DNA of 64,000 bases from Candidatus Poribacteria bacterium (GCA_965242965.1 OZ251518.1:2176001-2240000), one strand, 5' to 3'. Shown: positions 28,917-39,356, counted from the first letter of the stretch. Translations and numbers: made by a program. The notes: generated from the letters alone by a model not told the origin.

Positions 28917-30446
28917 TTAACGCCGCAGCGTGAGCTCTGTCTGCTCATCTTTAAAGTGCCGTTCCGATTTGTGCCGCGATTCTACGCGCCACGGCAACCG
29001 GATCCTTTTGTTGAGAGACTCCGGATCCGCAAAGTATCCATCATCAATCTGCCAGAATTGGAGGCACGGATAAGATACGCCGTTATGCTGGAATGTCCCC
29101 ATGCTTTCCTGTATCGCCTTCATGCCGCGGGTGATCGGCTCGACGGTGATAAAAATGCCGACCTGGGCTTTCTGTTCACGGATAGCGTGGCAGAATGCGC
29201 GCAGCGCAGATATACTGGGTTTACCTGATTTGACTTCGGCGATAATGCGCGTATTCCGATCTCGCTGGGTGCGAGGGACCCGCACTTTCACGGCACCGGT
29301 GCTATCAAATCCACCATCGCCAACATTTGCTGTCGGTTCGAGCCCAATGCGCGTCACTGCCCAATTCGCAAAATCGTGATACTTTTCCCGGTCGCGAACG
29401 AGCAGCATCACTTCCCGCATATTCGTCGGATAGCCCGCAATCTCATTATCAACGGAAGGCTCCAGTCCATGCCTATCGCGTAGCCGTTCCTGCATCGGAT
29501 CCAGCGCGACGAGCGTCACATCAATGCCTATCCACTGCCGATTTAGCGTTTCTGCCGCGTCAAGTGTCGTGCCGCAGCCGCAAAACGGATCAAGCACAAT
29601 GTCGCCGGGGTTTGATGACGCTCGGATTATCCGTTCATAGAGGGCACGCGGCTTCTGCGTCGGATAGCCGAGACGCTCCTTGGCAGTCGCCCCAATCTGA
29701 TTCATCTCACTCCCGCGCAGATAGGTGAAGACATCGTCCATCGGGGTTCCCTCATCCCAATAGAAACGCTTCCATTCGCCATGCTTATCCCTGGTCCGAT
29801 TCCTGCGATATTCTCGGCCATCCTCGTCTTGATACTTGAACATGTGTCTCGTCTTTTCAGCATACGGCATCCGTGGCTGATTGAACACGAAGGAGGGCCC
29901 TTTGACGTAGCGCAGGATAATGTCGTGCTTACGTTTGAAGTCCTGACGCGGCGCGTTGCCCGCCGAATAGTGCCAAATAATCTCATTCCTGAAGTTGCCG
30001 ACACCGAACATGGCATCCATCAAACCTTTCAGGTAATGGCTCGCCGTCGGATCGCAGTGCAAATACATGCTTCCCTTCAGGTGGAGCACGCGGTGGAGTT
30101 CAAGGATGCGGGGCCCCATGAAAGTGAGATACGCGCGCATCGCACTCGGCGCACCACTTGTTGCCTTCTGGAGCACGAAGTCATAGCCGGTGAGCGCGTT
30201 GTTGAGCGCGGCGTAACTTTCGGATGTCCGGGCGAGTTTCTCAATTTCATGACGTGCGTCCTGCGCTGCATCGTCCCATGTCCACGTATCCACGAACGCT
30301 GTCCGCTGTGATTGCGATGCTTTCAAAAACGTGTTGTAGTTGCGGCCGCTGTTGAAAGGCGGATCGGTGCAGACGAGATGGACGCATCCTGTCTCCAATT
30401 CTCGCAAGATTTCAAGGTTATCCCCGAAGTAAATTTTACGCAGCAT
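28917..30446 (-). CDS. DNA adenine/cytosine-N4 methyltransferase fused to a C-terminal Mrr-like PD-(D/E)xK domain
   Basis: DPPF, YPTQKP, DPFCGCGTT; C-terminal DGGFD...AEVKSG; start set at MLRKIYFGDN. Confidence 0.88.
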   Translation of the reverse strand: MLRKIYFGDNLEILRELETGCVHLVCTDPPFNSGRNYNTFLKASQSQRTAFVDTWTWDDAAQDARHEIEKLARTSESYAALNNALTGYDFVLQKATSGAPSAMRAYLTFMGPRILELHRVLHLKGSMYLHCDPTASHYLKGLMDAMFGVGNFRNEIIWHYSAGNAPRQDFKRKHDIILRYVKGPSFVFNQPRMPYAEKTRHMFKYQDEDGREYRRNRTRDKHGEWKRFYWDEGTPMDDVFTYLRGSEMNQIGATAKERLGYPTQKPRALYERIIRASSNPGDIVLDPFCGCGTTLDAAETLNRQWIGIDVTLVALDPMQERLRDRHGLEPSVDNEIAGYPTNMREVMLLVRDREKYHDFANWAVTRIGLEPTANVGDGGFDSTGAVKVRVPRTQRDRNTRIIAEVKSGKPSISALRAFCHAIREQKAQVGIFITVEPITRGMKAIQESMGTFQHNGVSYPCLQFWQIDDGYFADPESLNKRIRLPWRVESRHKSERHFKDEQTELTLRR

Positions 30447-30479
30447 GATGCCGATTATCCTTTTATGTTTTCCTAGTGA

Positions 30480-30820
30480 ACGCTGGCGGGGGGCAGGCCC
30501 CCGCGCTACGATAAAAAACGGCACTTCATCGTAGGGTTTGGGCCCTCGGATGCCACACGCGCATCCGAGCGGGTTCCCCTCGCCAGCGTCCACGCACCAG
30601 GCCCTGTAGGTCAGGATCGCCTGATCCTGACCTGTTTGTGATCAGGCGATCACAAACTACAGAGGGGAAACACACATCGGGACGATGGAGATCGCGGGCG
30701 AAACCCGCTCGGATGCGCGTATGGCATCCGAGGGCCCCCGCGCTACGGTAATCGAGAAATCGCGGGGGACAGGCCCCCGCGCTACGGGAACATCAAGCCC
30801 CGAGGTCTCTCCTACCGGGA
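30480..30820. repeat. REP cluster between the two methyltransferases
   Basis: GTAG hairpins, including loop-insertion variants. Confidence 0.85.
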
Positions 30821-30839
30821 TGTATCAAGACCTGCGCGC

Positions 30840-31829
30840 CTATTGACACTTCCCTTTTTGCTCGTTTTCGTAATCGACAGACGGTTCAAGTCCATGTCTC
30901 TCGCGGAGCCGCTTCTGCACCAATTCTAACGCGAGGAGCGTCACATCGATGCCTATCCACTGCCGACTTAGCGTTTCCGCTGCGTCAAGTGTCGTGCCGC
31001 AGCCGCAAAACGGATCGAGCACGATGTCACCGGGGTTCGATGAAACTCGGATTATCCGTTCGTATAATGTCCGCGGCTTTTGTGTCGGATATCCCAGCCA
31101 CTCCTTCGTCGATTTATAGGCGGGTGCAACATCTGTCCACCAATCAAAAGGCACTTTACCTTTCACCAATTCTGCCGCCACTGCGTCATCGAAAACCTTC
31201 GGATTTCCTCTGCGCCATCCTTCTTGCACCGTGCGCTTATCGATTCGCGCGTGTGGGATGAGAATATCCTCTGGATTGAAAGTGTTGTCCTCGCCTTTAG
31301 CATAAAACAAGAGGATGTCGTGTTTGCGAGGAAAATGCCGCTTTGGCCGTCCCGGCGAACCATATCCCCAAATAATCTGATTCCTGAAGTTCGCCACGCC
31401 GAACACGGCATCCATCAACCCTTTTAGATAGTGACTCGCCGTTGCGTCACAGTGGAGATACATGCTACCTGCTGGATGCAGGACACGATGACACTCCACG
31501 ATACGTGGCCCCATGAAGGCGAGATAGGCACGCATGGCACTCGGCGCGCCGTTCGTCGCTTGCTGTAACACAAAGTCATAGCCGATGAGCGCGTTGTTGA
31601 GCGCGGCGTAACTTGGAGAAGTCGGTGCGCGGCTGTCAATTTCACGCCGTGCGTCTTGCGCTGCATCGTCCCATGTCCACGTGTCCACAAACGCTGTTTT
31701 CTGTGACTGCGAGTCGGTGTAGTTGCGGCCGCTGTTGAACGGCGGATCGGCGCAGACGAGCTGAACGCACCCTGTCTCCAATTCTCGTAAAATTCCAAGG
31801 TTATCCCCGAAGTAAATTTTACGCAGCAT
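30840..31829 (-). CDS. DNA methyltransferase paralog lacking the nuclease domain
   Basis: Highly similar N- and C-terminal MTase motifs to 28917..30446, different central region, stops after HGLEPSVD. Confidence 0.88.
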   Translation of the reverse strand: MLRKIYFGDNLGILRELETGCVQLVCADPPFNSGRNYTDSQSQKTAFVDTWTWDDAAQDARREIDSRAPTSPSYAALNNALIGYDFVLQQATNGAPSAMRAYLAFMGPRIVECHRVLHPAGSMYLHCDATASHYLKGLMDAVFGVANFRNQIIWGYGSPGRPKRHFPRKHDILLFYAKGEDNTFNPEDILIPHARIDKRTVQEGWRRGNPKVFDDAVAAELVKGKVPFDWWTDVAPAYKSTKEWLGYPTQKPRTLYERIIRVSSNPGDIVLDPFCGCGTTLDAAETLSRQWIGIDVTLLALELVQKRLRERHGLEPSVDYENEQKGKCQ

Positions 31830-31872
31830 GATGCCGGGTATCCTTTGCAAAAGCGTGATGAGAAAAACGCTG

Positions 31873-32571
31873 CTATTCGGCTAAACGTTTTATCACCTTT
31901 TGGATATCCTCCCACACTTCGCGCTTCGCGCTTGGATTGCGGAGGAGATATGCGGGGTGATACGTCGGCATTATCACCGGCGCGTTGTCCCGTTGTCCCG
32001 CGACACCGTAGGGCTGAAACTCCCCCCGAAGTGCCGTGATACCCATCTTGGTATCCAGCAACAACTGCGCGGCGAAGCTGCCGAGGGCAACAATCACTTT
32101 CGGCTGAATGAGCTCAATTTGGCGTTCCAAATAGGGGCGACACATATCCACTTCATCGGAGGCTGGATTTCTGTTACCCGGCGGCCTGCACTTCAGCACG
32201 TTCGCGATATAGACATCGTCGCGCGTCTTCCCCATCCCTTTCACGATGATGTCTGTCAGCAATTTGCCGGCTCTGCCGACAAAAGGTTCTCCCTGCCTGT
32301 CTTCATCAGCACCGGGTGCCTCGCCGATAAACATCAGATCAGCGTTCGGGTTCCCCACGCCGAAAACGACGGTATTTCGAGTTGCGTGAAGTCCACATCG
32401 GGTGCAGCCTTGGGCATCGGCATCTAACTGCCCCAAGTCTAACGTAGCGTAAGGAGATGCCTGCTGCGGTTCTTGTAGTTCGGTGATACCGAGTTCAAGT
32501 TGTTCTTGCACGTATTCCCTCACAGTGGCGACAAGTTGTAGGTATTCTTCTTTGAGGTTGTCTCTGTTCAT
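31873..32571 (-). CDS. Uracil-DNA glycosylase family 4
   Basis: [36 protein letters not shown]; start at MNRDNLK because the upstream extension is repeat-derived. Confidence 0.94.
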   Translation of the reverse strand: MNRDNLKEEYLQLVATVREYVQEQLELGITELQEPQQASPYATLDLGQLDADAQGCTRCGLHATRNTVVFGVGNPNADLMFIGEAPGADEDRQGEPFVGRAGKLLTDIIVKGMGKTRDDVYIANVLKCRPPGNRNPASDEVDMCRPYLERQIELIQPKVIVALGSFAAQLLLDTKMGITALRGEFQPYGVAGQRDNAPVIMPTYHPAYLLRNPSAKREVWEDIQKVIKRLAE

Positions 32572-32955
32572 GGCGGCATGGCGAGGGACAGGCCCCCGCC
32601 CTACGATGAAAACGGACATGATGGCATGGCGAGGGACAGGCCCACGCCCTACGATGAAAACGGACGTAGGAGAGACCTCCCGGTCTCGATGCATGGCGAG
32701 GGACAGGCCCTCACCCTACGATAAAAATGGACGCTGCAGCCCCACTCTGTAGAGCAAGAGCGCCTGCTCTTGACCCCGCGCCCTACGATAAAAACGGAAA
32801 AATACGTTCATGGCGGCATGGCGAGGGACAGGCCCGCGCCCTACGGTAACCAAACCGCCCCACTCTGTAGGGCAAGAGCGCCTGCTCTTGACCCCGCGCC
32901 CTACGATAAAAACGGACATGGCGGCATGGCGAGGGACAGGCCCTCGCCCTACGAT
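32572..32955. repeat. Tandem REP array
   Basis: Repeated GGCATGGCGAGGGACAGGCCC.CGCCCTACG and GTAG.GCAAGAGCGCCTGCTCTTG units. Confidence 0.9.
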
Positions 32956-32996
32956 AGTGATGCGTTTCGTAGTGATGCGTTTCGTCTCTGAACGCA

Positions 32997-34679
32997 TTAA
33001 TTCCGGAGTTCATGGATTAAGGAGAGTCCATCGAACCACGTGATATAGAGAAACAACGCTATCATGAGAACAACGCTGACGCGCTGAACCATGGCCTGCT
33101 TTTTCACACTGAGGGGCCGTCCTCGGATTTTCTCAAAAGCGAAAAACAGGAGTTGTCCGCCATCTGCGATGGGAATCGGTAACAAATTCACGATGCAGAG
33201 GTTAATGCTGATGAATCCGATGAAAAAGAGCGCGCTGGCGAAGCCCATCTCAAACATGCGGCTCGTTACATTCGCAATGCCGATGGGGCCCGTGAGGAAT
33301 TTCGGCGAAACCTCTTGGCTGATGAGCTGCCGCAGCGTCCGTCCGATAGACTCCACCGTTAGCCACGATGCCTCAACTCCCTTTCCGAGTGCGGTAAACG
33401 TATCATACGTCGGCAAGTCTCGCGGCGGGGGCCCGAATGTCATGCCGCTGAGCGTTGCACTCCAGCCGAACCCATACGGCACGCCTGTGGCTTCAGCTAC
33501 CTCGTCTGTCTCCCTTGTGCGCGGTAAGAGCTCCACAGTCTCCTTCTGTCCATCGCGAATCACACCGAGTGCAACGCGTTCGCCAGCCGCCCATAATTGC
33601 GTTGAGAGCATCGCATTCTCCACCGTATTTCCGTTGAGGCTGACTAGCGTGTCACCGGCGTAAACACCGGCACCGTCGCCTTCGGGGTGCACTACCGCGG
33701 TGAGTTCCCACTGCACCGGCATTTTTACCACCATCGCGGTATCGCCGCGCCGAATGCCGAGGTGGAGTTCATCGGGGTGCTGCTGAATGGTGTGGTAGAG
33801 TTCTTGATAATACCTTGAAATCCAATTCGCCTCCGGGTGCCAAATCTGCGAATCAAACCGAGGCACGTTGTAGATTTTTTGCCCATTGATTGTTTCTACC
33901 CGGTCACCGACTTGGATGCCGACTTGGGCAGCTAGACTCCCCTCGGCTACATCAGTCACCATGGCTTTGCTAATGCTACTCACCTGAAGGACACCGCTGT
34001 CGCCGCGCGCGCCGCGGACACCTTCGGGGACAACAGTGTAAGTCTTCTCGGTGCCGTTCCGTTCCACAGTGACTTCAAGTTCCTGTTCGGGGCTCGTAAA
34101 AATGCGGGTGTGGAACGCCGTCCAATTTTCAATAGGTGTGCCGTTGATAGTTTTGATGATGTCCCCGGATTTCAATCCGCCGCGTCCCCCCGGTCCTTCT
34201 GGCGCGACTGTGCCGAGTTGAACAGCCTCTTTTTCGGTGCCGATTTGCTGGCCTATCAGCCGCTCAATGAAGGTGGCAGAGGAGTTGTCCAAACCGAAGC
34301 TGAAAACCAGCCAGAATGCGAGCACGCCAAATATCAGATTGACAGCGGGTCCTGCTGCGACGACAAACGCACGGTTGCCGAGCGACGCGCTGCCGAATTC
34401 GCCGCGCGCGCCTGTCTGCTCAGTCGGGTTCTCACCCTCCATCATGACGTAGCCGCCGAAGGGCAGCACCGAGAGCCGATATTCCGTTCCGCCGTATTCA
34501 ATCCCAAACAATTTCGGGCCGAACCCGATAGAGAAGATGTTTACCTTAATCCCAGCCCGCTTTGCGGCGAGAAAGTGTCCGAGTTCGTGGATAAAGATCA
34601 GAAACCCGAGCGGGATAATCGCAAGCAGCACCGTTTTCAGTTTTGGAAGAATTGTCATGATTGGTTCTACAAGTTCCAT
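32997..34679 (-). CDS. rseP: RIP metalloprotease RseP with multiple PDZ domains
   Basis: HELGH, FSIGFGP, AGPAVN, NLLPIPIADGG; conserved position after dxr. Confidence 0.95.
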   Translation of the reverse strand: MELVEPIMTILPKLKTVLLAIIPLGFLIFIHELGHFLAAKRAGIKVNIFSIGFGPKLFGIEYGGTEYRLSVLPFGGYVMMEGENPTEQTGARGEFGSASLGNRAFVVAAGPAVNLIFGVLAFWLVFSFGLDNSSATFIERLIGQQIGTEKEAVQLGTVAPEGPGGRGGLKSGDIIKTINGTPIENWTAFHTRIFTSPEQELEVTVERNGTEKTYTVVPEGVRGARGDSGVLQVSSISKAMVTDVAEGSLAAQVGIQVGDRVETINGQKIYNVPRFDSQIWHPEANWISRYYQELYHTIQQHPDELHLGIRRGDTAMVVKMPVQWELTAVVHPEGDGAGVYAGDTLVSLNGNTVENAMLSTQLWAAGERVALGVIRDGQKETVELLPRTRETDEVAEATGVPYGFGWSATLSGMTFGPPPRDLPTYDTFTALGKGVEASWLTVESIGRTLRQLISQEVSPKFLTGPIGIANVTSRMFEMGFASALFFIGFISINLCIVNLLPIPIADGGQLLFFAFEKIRGRPLSVKKQAMVQRVSVVLMIALFLYITWFDGLSLIHELRN

Positions 34680-34694
34680 GGGTGTTTCACCTCG

Positions 34695-35867
34695 TTATGT
34701 ATTGTTCTGTTTTTTGATGCATTCGCGTGCCGCCGATTTCGCCCATGCATCAACGGCAAGAATGTCGTCAAGGTTGGGATGCGGAATCACGGCGTGTTTA
34801 TCCATAACGCTTCGCAGAATGGCGGGGATATCCGTAAACCGGATGCGGTTTTCTAGGAAAGCGTCTACCACCACCTCATCTGCGCTACTCAGGACGACAG
34901 GGAGGGTGCCGCCGACTTCCGCCGCGGTATACGCCAGCGCGATGCACGGGAACTTGCCTGCATCCACCGGTTCAAAGTGAAGCGTTCGCGCCGCAAGCAA
35001 ATCTAAACGCGGCACCGGCGTAGCAAGCCGCCGAGGATAGGTTAATGCAAACTGAATCATGATGCGCATATCCGTTGCCCCTAACTGCGCAAGCGTGGAA
35101 CCGTCTGTCCACTCCACCATAGAATGGACAATGCTCTCCCGATGCACTACAATGTTAATTTTTGACAACGGCACATCAAACAGCCACTTCGCCTCGATGA
35201 CTTCTAGTCCTTTGTTCATCATCGTTGCGGAGTCGATGGTAATTTTTGCCCCCATATCCCAGTTCGGATGCCGAAGTGCTTGTTGCGGGGTGACGTTCCG
35301 CAGTGCTTCCTTCGGCATTTCGCGAAACGGCCCGCCGGATGCGGTAATCAGGAGTTGATGAATGTCCGCCTGCCGTTCGCGCTGTCCCTCTAGGCATTGG
35401 AAAATCGCGCTCATTTCGCCATCAATAGGGATTAAGTTAACCCCGTTGACACGCACCGCCTCCATCACGAGTTGTCCGCACATCACCATCACCTCTTTGT
35501 TCACAAAGGCGATGTCTTTGCCTGCGTTAATCGCCGCCAATGTAGGGAGCAACCCGGCACTGCCGCCGATGCCTTCTAACACCTGTGCTGCTTCAGACAT
35601 CGTCGCGACGGCGTGGAGTCCTTCAGGGCCGGCGAGCACCTCCGTGGTGTTCATGTCGCGGAGTCGTTCGCGTAATTGTGCTGCCGCCGCGGGTTCGTTT
35701 AAAGCTGCCACTTTCGGGCGATGCGTCCGAATCTGTGCTTCAAGGGTATCAACGTCTTGATTCGCGGCGAGCCCGACGACGCTGAATTCATCAGGATGTG
35801 TTTCAATGACGCTGAGCGCGTTCTTTCCGATGGAACCGGTGCTACCCAGAATGGCGATGTGTTTCAT
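34695..35867 (-). CDS. dxr: 1-deoxy-D-xylulose-5-phosphate reductoisomerase
   Basis: LGSTGSIG, NKE, TASGGPF, HPNWDMGAKITIDSATMMNKGLEVIEA. Confidence 0.97.
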   Translation of the reverse strand: MKHIAILGSTGSIGKNALSVIETHPDEFSVVGLAANQDVDTLEAQIRTHRPKVAALNEPAAAAQLRERLRDMNTTEVLAGPEGLHAVATMSEAAQVLEGIGGSAGLLPTLAAINAGKDIAFVNKEVMVMCGQLVMEAVRVNGVNLIPIDGEMSAIFQCLEGQRERQADIHQLLITASGGPFREMPKEALRNVTPQQALRHPNWDMGAKITIDSATMMNKGLEVIEAKWLFDVPLSKINIVVHRESIVHSMVEWTDGSTLAQLGATDMRIMIQFALTYPRRLATPVPRLDLLAARTLHFEPVDAGKFPCIALAYTAAEVGGTLPVVLSSADEVVVDAFLENRIRFTDIPAILRSVMDKHAVIPHPNLDDILAVDAWAKSAARECIKKQNNT

Positions 35868-36697
35868 AAGAGCGTCAATTCCATGTAATAATAGAGGACA
35901 GGCGTGCTAAAGATTAAACTGTCGCATCTGTCAAGGAATCCGCCATGTCCGGGGATGACATCGCCAGAATCTTTGACACCGGCGGTGCGCTTGACGAGGG
36001 ATGCGCTCAGATCTCCGAGTTGTCCCAGCGCGCTCAATATCAGTCCAATGAATGCGGCGTTCACCAATGAGAGTGTTTCGCGTAAGAGCGTCGCGCCGAA
36101 TGCCAGGCCCACCAATGTCCCCAAAACGAGCCCGGCGATAGTGCCTTCGACCGTTTTGCGTGGGCTAATCGGCGTGCCGAGTCTATGTTTACCGATGGCT
36201 CTGCCGATGAGATAGGCACCGGTGTCACTACCCCAAATTGTTCCTGCTAAGAGGAAGATGAGTTGTCTGCCTATCTCGTCGGTGTTGCGCAGCAGGATAA
36301 GATGGTAGCCGACTCCCCATCCGATGATGAGAATGCCTGTCAACTTTAAGGCGACGGTTCCCAATTCGCCAGCCACTTTTCCGCTAAAGATGCTTTCGGC
36401 GAAAACATAGATATGGATACCTGTCAAAAAAGCGAGCAGGATAAGCGGCGTGTCCAAGCGTTGCGCGAAGAATGCCAGGAAACAGAATGCCACCGTGAGC
36501 ATCACAGGCATCACGGGATTCACCCCTAGTGTCGCTTTCGGTTCCGCCTTCACTGGGCGCGCGAGTCTGCAGTACTCCACCTGCATCGCCGATGCAGCCG
36601 CAGACACGAGGATAAGGAACAGCCATTCTCCGTGATAAATAATCAGGAGGACAAGCGGAACCAGCACAACAATACTCAGGGCTCGCCGCCAAAACAT
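35864..36697 (-). CDS. cdsA: Phosphatidate cytidylyltransferase
   Basis: DTGAY, ISPRKTVEG, GDL..S..KR..GVKDSG..IPGHGGFLDRCDS. Confidence 0.95.
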   Translation of the reverse strand: MFWRRALSIVVLVPLVLLIIYHGEWLFLILVSAAASAMQVEYCRLARPVKAEPKATLGVNPVMPVMLTVAFCFLAFFAQRLDTPLILLAFLTGIHIYVFAESIFSGKVAGELGTVALKLTGILIIGWGVGYHLILLRNTDEIGRQLIFLLAGTIWGSDTGAYLIGRAIGKHRLGTPISPRKTVEGTIAGLVLGTLVGLAFGATLLRETLSLVNAAFIGLILSALGQLGDLSASLVKRTAGVKDSGDVIPGHGGFLDRCDSLIFSTPVLYYYMELTLL

Positions 36698-36776
36698 AGT
36701 TTTCTTCCGCCGTTCACCCCCGCGTGTGGGGCTGCTTCCTTTCCTGCTTCGTGCGTTCGTGCGTCGGTTGCGATGG

Positions 36777-37364
36777 CTAAGTTTCTAACAGCTCCGCTTC
36801 CTTCGCTTCAGTGAGTTGGTTAATCTCGTTGATGTAGGTATCCGTGAGCTGCTGGACCGGGTCTGCGTCGGCGCGTCCGCCCTTTCTATCGCCACCTCGC
36901 CCCCGACTTTTGCGTCCAGTTGTCCCGGTATCGGTGCCTTCCAGTTTTTTGAGGGCATCGTTCGCGTCGCGGCGGATGTTGCGGATTGCGACGCGGCCCT
37001 CCTCCGCCAATTTGCGCACAACCTTGGTCAACTCCCGCCGGCGTTCAGTGGTGAGTTCGGGAACCAAGATGCGGATAACGCTGCCATCATTGCTCGGTGA
37101 GAGCCCTAAGTCAGAAAGGGCTATCGCTTTCTCAATTTCTTTAAGGAGCGTTTTGTCCCATGGCTGAATGACGAGGAGCCGCGGCTCGGGTGTCGTCACT
37201 GTGCCTACCTGGTTAAGCGGGCTTTTGCTACCGTAATAATTCACGGTAACCTGGTCCAGGAGCGCGGAGGTGGCCCGCCCGGTTTGCACATGCGACAGTT
37301 TTGTCGCCGTTGCCTCCACGGTTTTCTTCATCCGGGACTCAGTCTGTTGCAAAACTTGTTGCAT
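36777..37364 (-). CDS. frr: Ribosome recycling factor
   Basis: TGRA, YYG, IQPWD, LTTERR, RVAIRNIRRDAN; unusual G/R-rich insert near the C-terminus. Confidence 0.95.
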   Translation of the reverse strand: MQQVLQQTESRMKKTVEATATKLSHVQTGRATSALLDQVTVNYYGSKSPLNQVGTVTTPEPRLLVIQPWDKTLLKEIEKAIALSDLGLSPSNDGSVIRILVPELTTERRRELTKVVRKLAEEGRVAIRNIRRDANDALKKLEGTDTGTTGRKSRGRGGDRKGGRADADPVQQLTDTYINEINQLTEAKEAELLET

Positions 37365-37402
37365 TTGAATGAACCTCAACGAATCGACGCGCGCTGGAAG
37401 CG

Positions 37403-37517
37403 TATCCTAAATGAACCTGACTCTTCTCGTTGCTGTAGGTGGAGATGAGTTCGCTGGCACTTGACACGTTCGGATGCGTTTAGCATGCATACCAGCGACT
37501 CAGGTTCATTTAGTATC
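37403..37517. mobile_element. 107-bp element with perfect 14-bp TIRs flanked by a TATC direct repeat (MITE or structured RNA)
   Basis: tatc[CTAAATGAACCTGA ... TCAGGTTCATTTAG]tatc with two internal hairpins. Confidence 0.55.
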
Positions 37518-37607
37518 ACCTCTAGAGGAAAGTCTCAAGCGATTTCTTTCCTTTAGGCGTAAGCGGTGTCTGTCCGCCATTCCGCCATTTCCACGCGCGG
37601 TACGGGT

Positions 37608-38201
37608 TTACTGTCCAAGGACATAGAGGACAAAGCGTTTGACGACGATATTCTCGCCGAGTTGGGCGATTGCGTCTTTAACCAGGTCCTCGATAGTCTT
37701 GTCGGTATCGCGAATGTAGGGCTGCTGGAGCAGGCAGGTTTCCGAGTAGTATTTAGCGATGCGCCCTTCAACGATGCGCTCGGCGATGTGTTCGGGTTTG
37801 CCCTCCTGCACCGCCTGCGTTTTCAGAATCGCCTTTTCGGCTTCCAATTCCTCGGCGGGGACTTCTTCCGCGCTAACATACTTCGGCTTGGCGGCGGCGA
37901 CTTGCATCGCTATCTCCTTCGCTAAGCCTTGGAACTGCTCCGTCCGCGCGACGAAATCGGTCTCGCAATTCAATTCGACTAACGTGCCGACGCGGTTGCC
38001 GGGGTGGATATAAGAGACGATTAAACCTTCCTCGGTAGCCCTACCGCCTTTGACTTCGGAGGCTTTCAATCCCTGTTCCCGCAACTTCTGAATTGCCTTA
38101 TCCATGTCGCCGTCCGTTTCTGCTAGTGCCTTTTTGCAATCCATAATACCGGCACCAGTGCGCGAACGGAGCTCACTCACCATTTTTGCTGTAATTTCCA
38201 T
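37608..38201 (-). CDS. tsf: Elongation factor Ts (short form)
   Basis: LRSRTGAGIMDCKKAL, ELNCETDFVA, LGENIVVKRF. Confidence 0.97.
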   Translation of the reverse strand: MEITAKMVSELRSRTGAGIMDCKKALAETDGDMDKAIQKLREQGLKASEVKGGRATEEGLIVSYIHPGNRVGTLVELNCETDFVARTEQFQGLAKEIAMQVAAAKPKYVSAEEVPAEELEAEKAILKTQAVQEGKPEHIAERIVEGRIAKYYSETCLLQQPYIRDTDKTIEDLVKDAIAQLGENIVVKRFVLYVLGQ

Positions 38202-38288
38202 ATTTTCTCCAATGAACGCGCTGTGGGTGCGCGCAATTCGATTGCGCGCACAGCCAAGCGGATTTGTGCGCGCAACTTCCGGGCATCC

Positions 38289-39197
38289 TTACCCCTGCCT
38301 TCTGGGGGCTCTGTTTCTCCGACGCTGGCGAGGTTGACGAGGCTGACGGGTGGGCCGTTGTTCGCCGTCCCCGATTGCCTCCGGTTCTGCGGACCGATCG
38401 GCTTCTGTCAGCATCGCGGCACTCTCTTCTTCATGCCGTTCAGTCGCTGCAACGACATCTACCGACGATGCTTCTTCCAAAAGCGTGCTAGGTTCGGAGA
38501 CTTGCGCGCCTTCCAATGCGTCCCCGCGCCCTTCAATCACTGCATCCGCCATGACTTGGCAGATGAGGCCGATGGAGCGGATAGCATCATCGTTTCCTGG
38601 AACCGGCAGATCAATCGGGTCCGGATCGCAGTTAGTATCAACGATGGCGATAATCGGGATACCCAGTTTATTCGCTTCGGCGACAGCGGTGTGTTCCTTC
38701 CGCGTATCCGTCACGAAAACGACATCGGGTAGCCGCCGCATCTCTCTGATGCCGCTGAGGTTGTTGTTCAGCTTGCCCTTCTCGCGTCGGAGCCGCATCA
38801 CCTCTTTTTTCGGCATCTGGTCGAACAGTCCGTTCGCTTCGTCGGCATCGAGTTGGGATAGCCGGTTGACGCTCTTCCTGATGGTTTGGAAGTTAGTCAG
38901 CATGCCGCCTAACCAGCGGTGATTGACGTGATACATCGCGCATCGGCCTGCTTGCGCCTTGACTGCTTCTTGGGATTGCCGCTTCGTTCCGACGAACAGC
39001 ATGCCGCCGCCGCGCGAGGCGATGTCTTGCACGAAGGCTACGGCCGTTTCCAGCATGCCGAGCGTCTTTTGCAAGTCAATGATATAAATCCCGTTCCGTT
39101 CGGCGAAAATGTATTCCGCCATTTTCGGGTTCCAGCGGCGGGTTTGGTGCCCAAAGTGAACTCCGCATTCCAGGAGCTCTTTCATTGTAACTGCCAA
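38289..39197 (-). CDS. rpsB: 30S ribosomal protein S2
   Basis: [47 protein letters not shown]; TTG start. Confidence 0.98.
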   Translation of the reverse strand: MAVTMKELLECGVHFGHQTRRWNPKMAEYIFAERNGIYIIDLQKTLGMLETAVAFVQDIASRGGGMLFVGTKRQSQEAVKAQAGRCAMYHVNHRWLGGMLTNFQTIRKSVNRLSQLDADEANGLFDQMPKKEVMRLRREKGKLNNNLSGIREMRRLPDVVFVTDTRKEHTAVAEANKLGIPIIAIVDTNCDPDPIDLPVPGNDDAIRSIGLICQVMADAVIEGRGDALEGAQVSEPSTLLEEASSVDVVAATERHEEESAAMLTEADRSAEPEAIGDGEQRPTRQPRQPRQRRRNRAPRRQG

Positions 39198-39267
39198 AGT
39201 AACCTCCTCATAGCGCGCAATCGCGGCACGCCTATGGGGTTTGCAGGCATTGTCTTAAGCAACACCT

Positions 39268-39356
39268 GCTGGGTTTTCACATCCACCTCTTTCATATTTG
39301 CAACAGACTCTCAAGGATACGAGAGAACCCGCTGTGCAAATCGGGAGGTGTGTCGT
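39268..39356 (-). promoter_or_regulatory. rpsB (S2) autoregulatory leader
   Basis: Minus strand reads ACACACCTC...GGGT...ATGAAAGAGGTGGATGTGAAAACCC, resembling the S2 leader pattern (ACACAC stem, GGGU loop, downstream AACCC). Confidence 0.65.
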
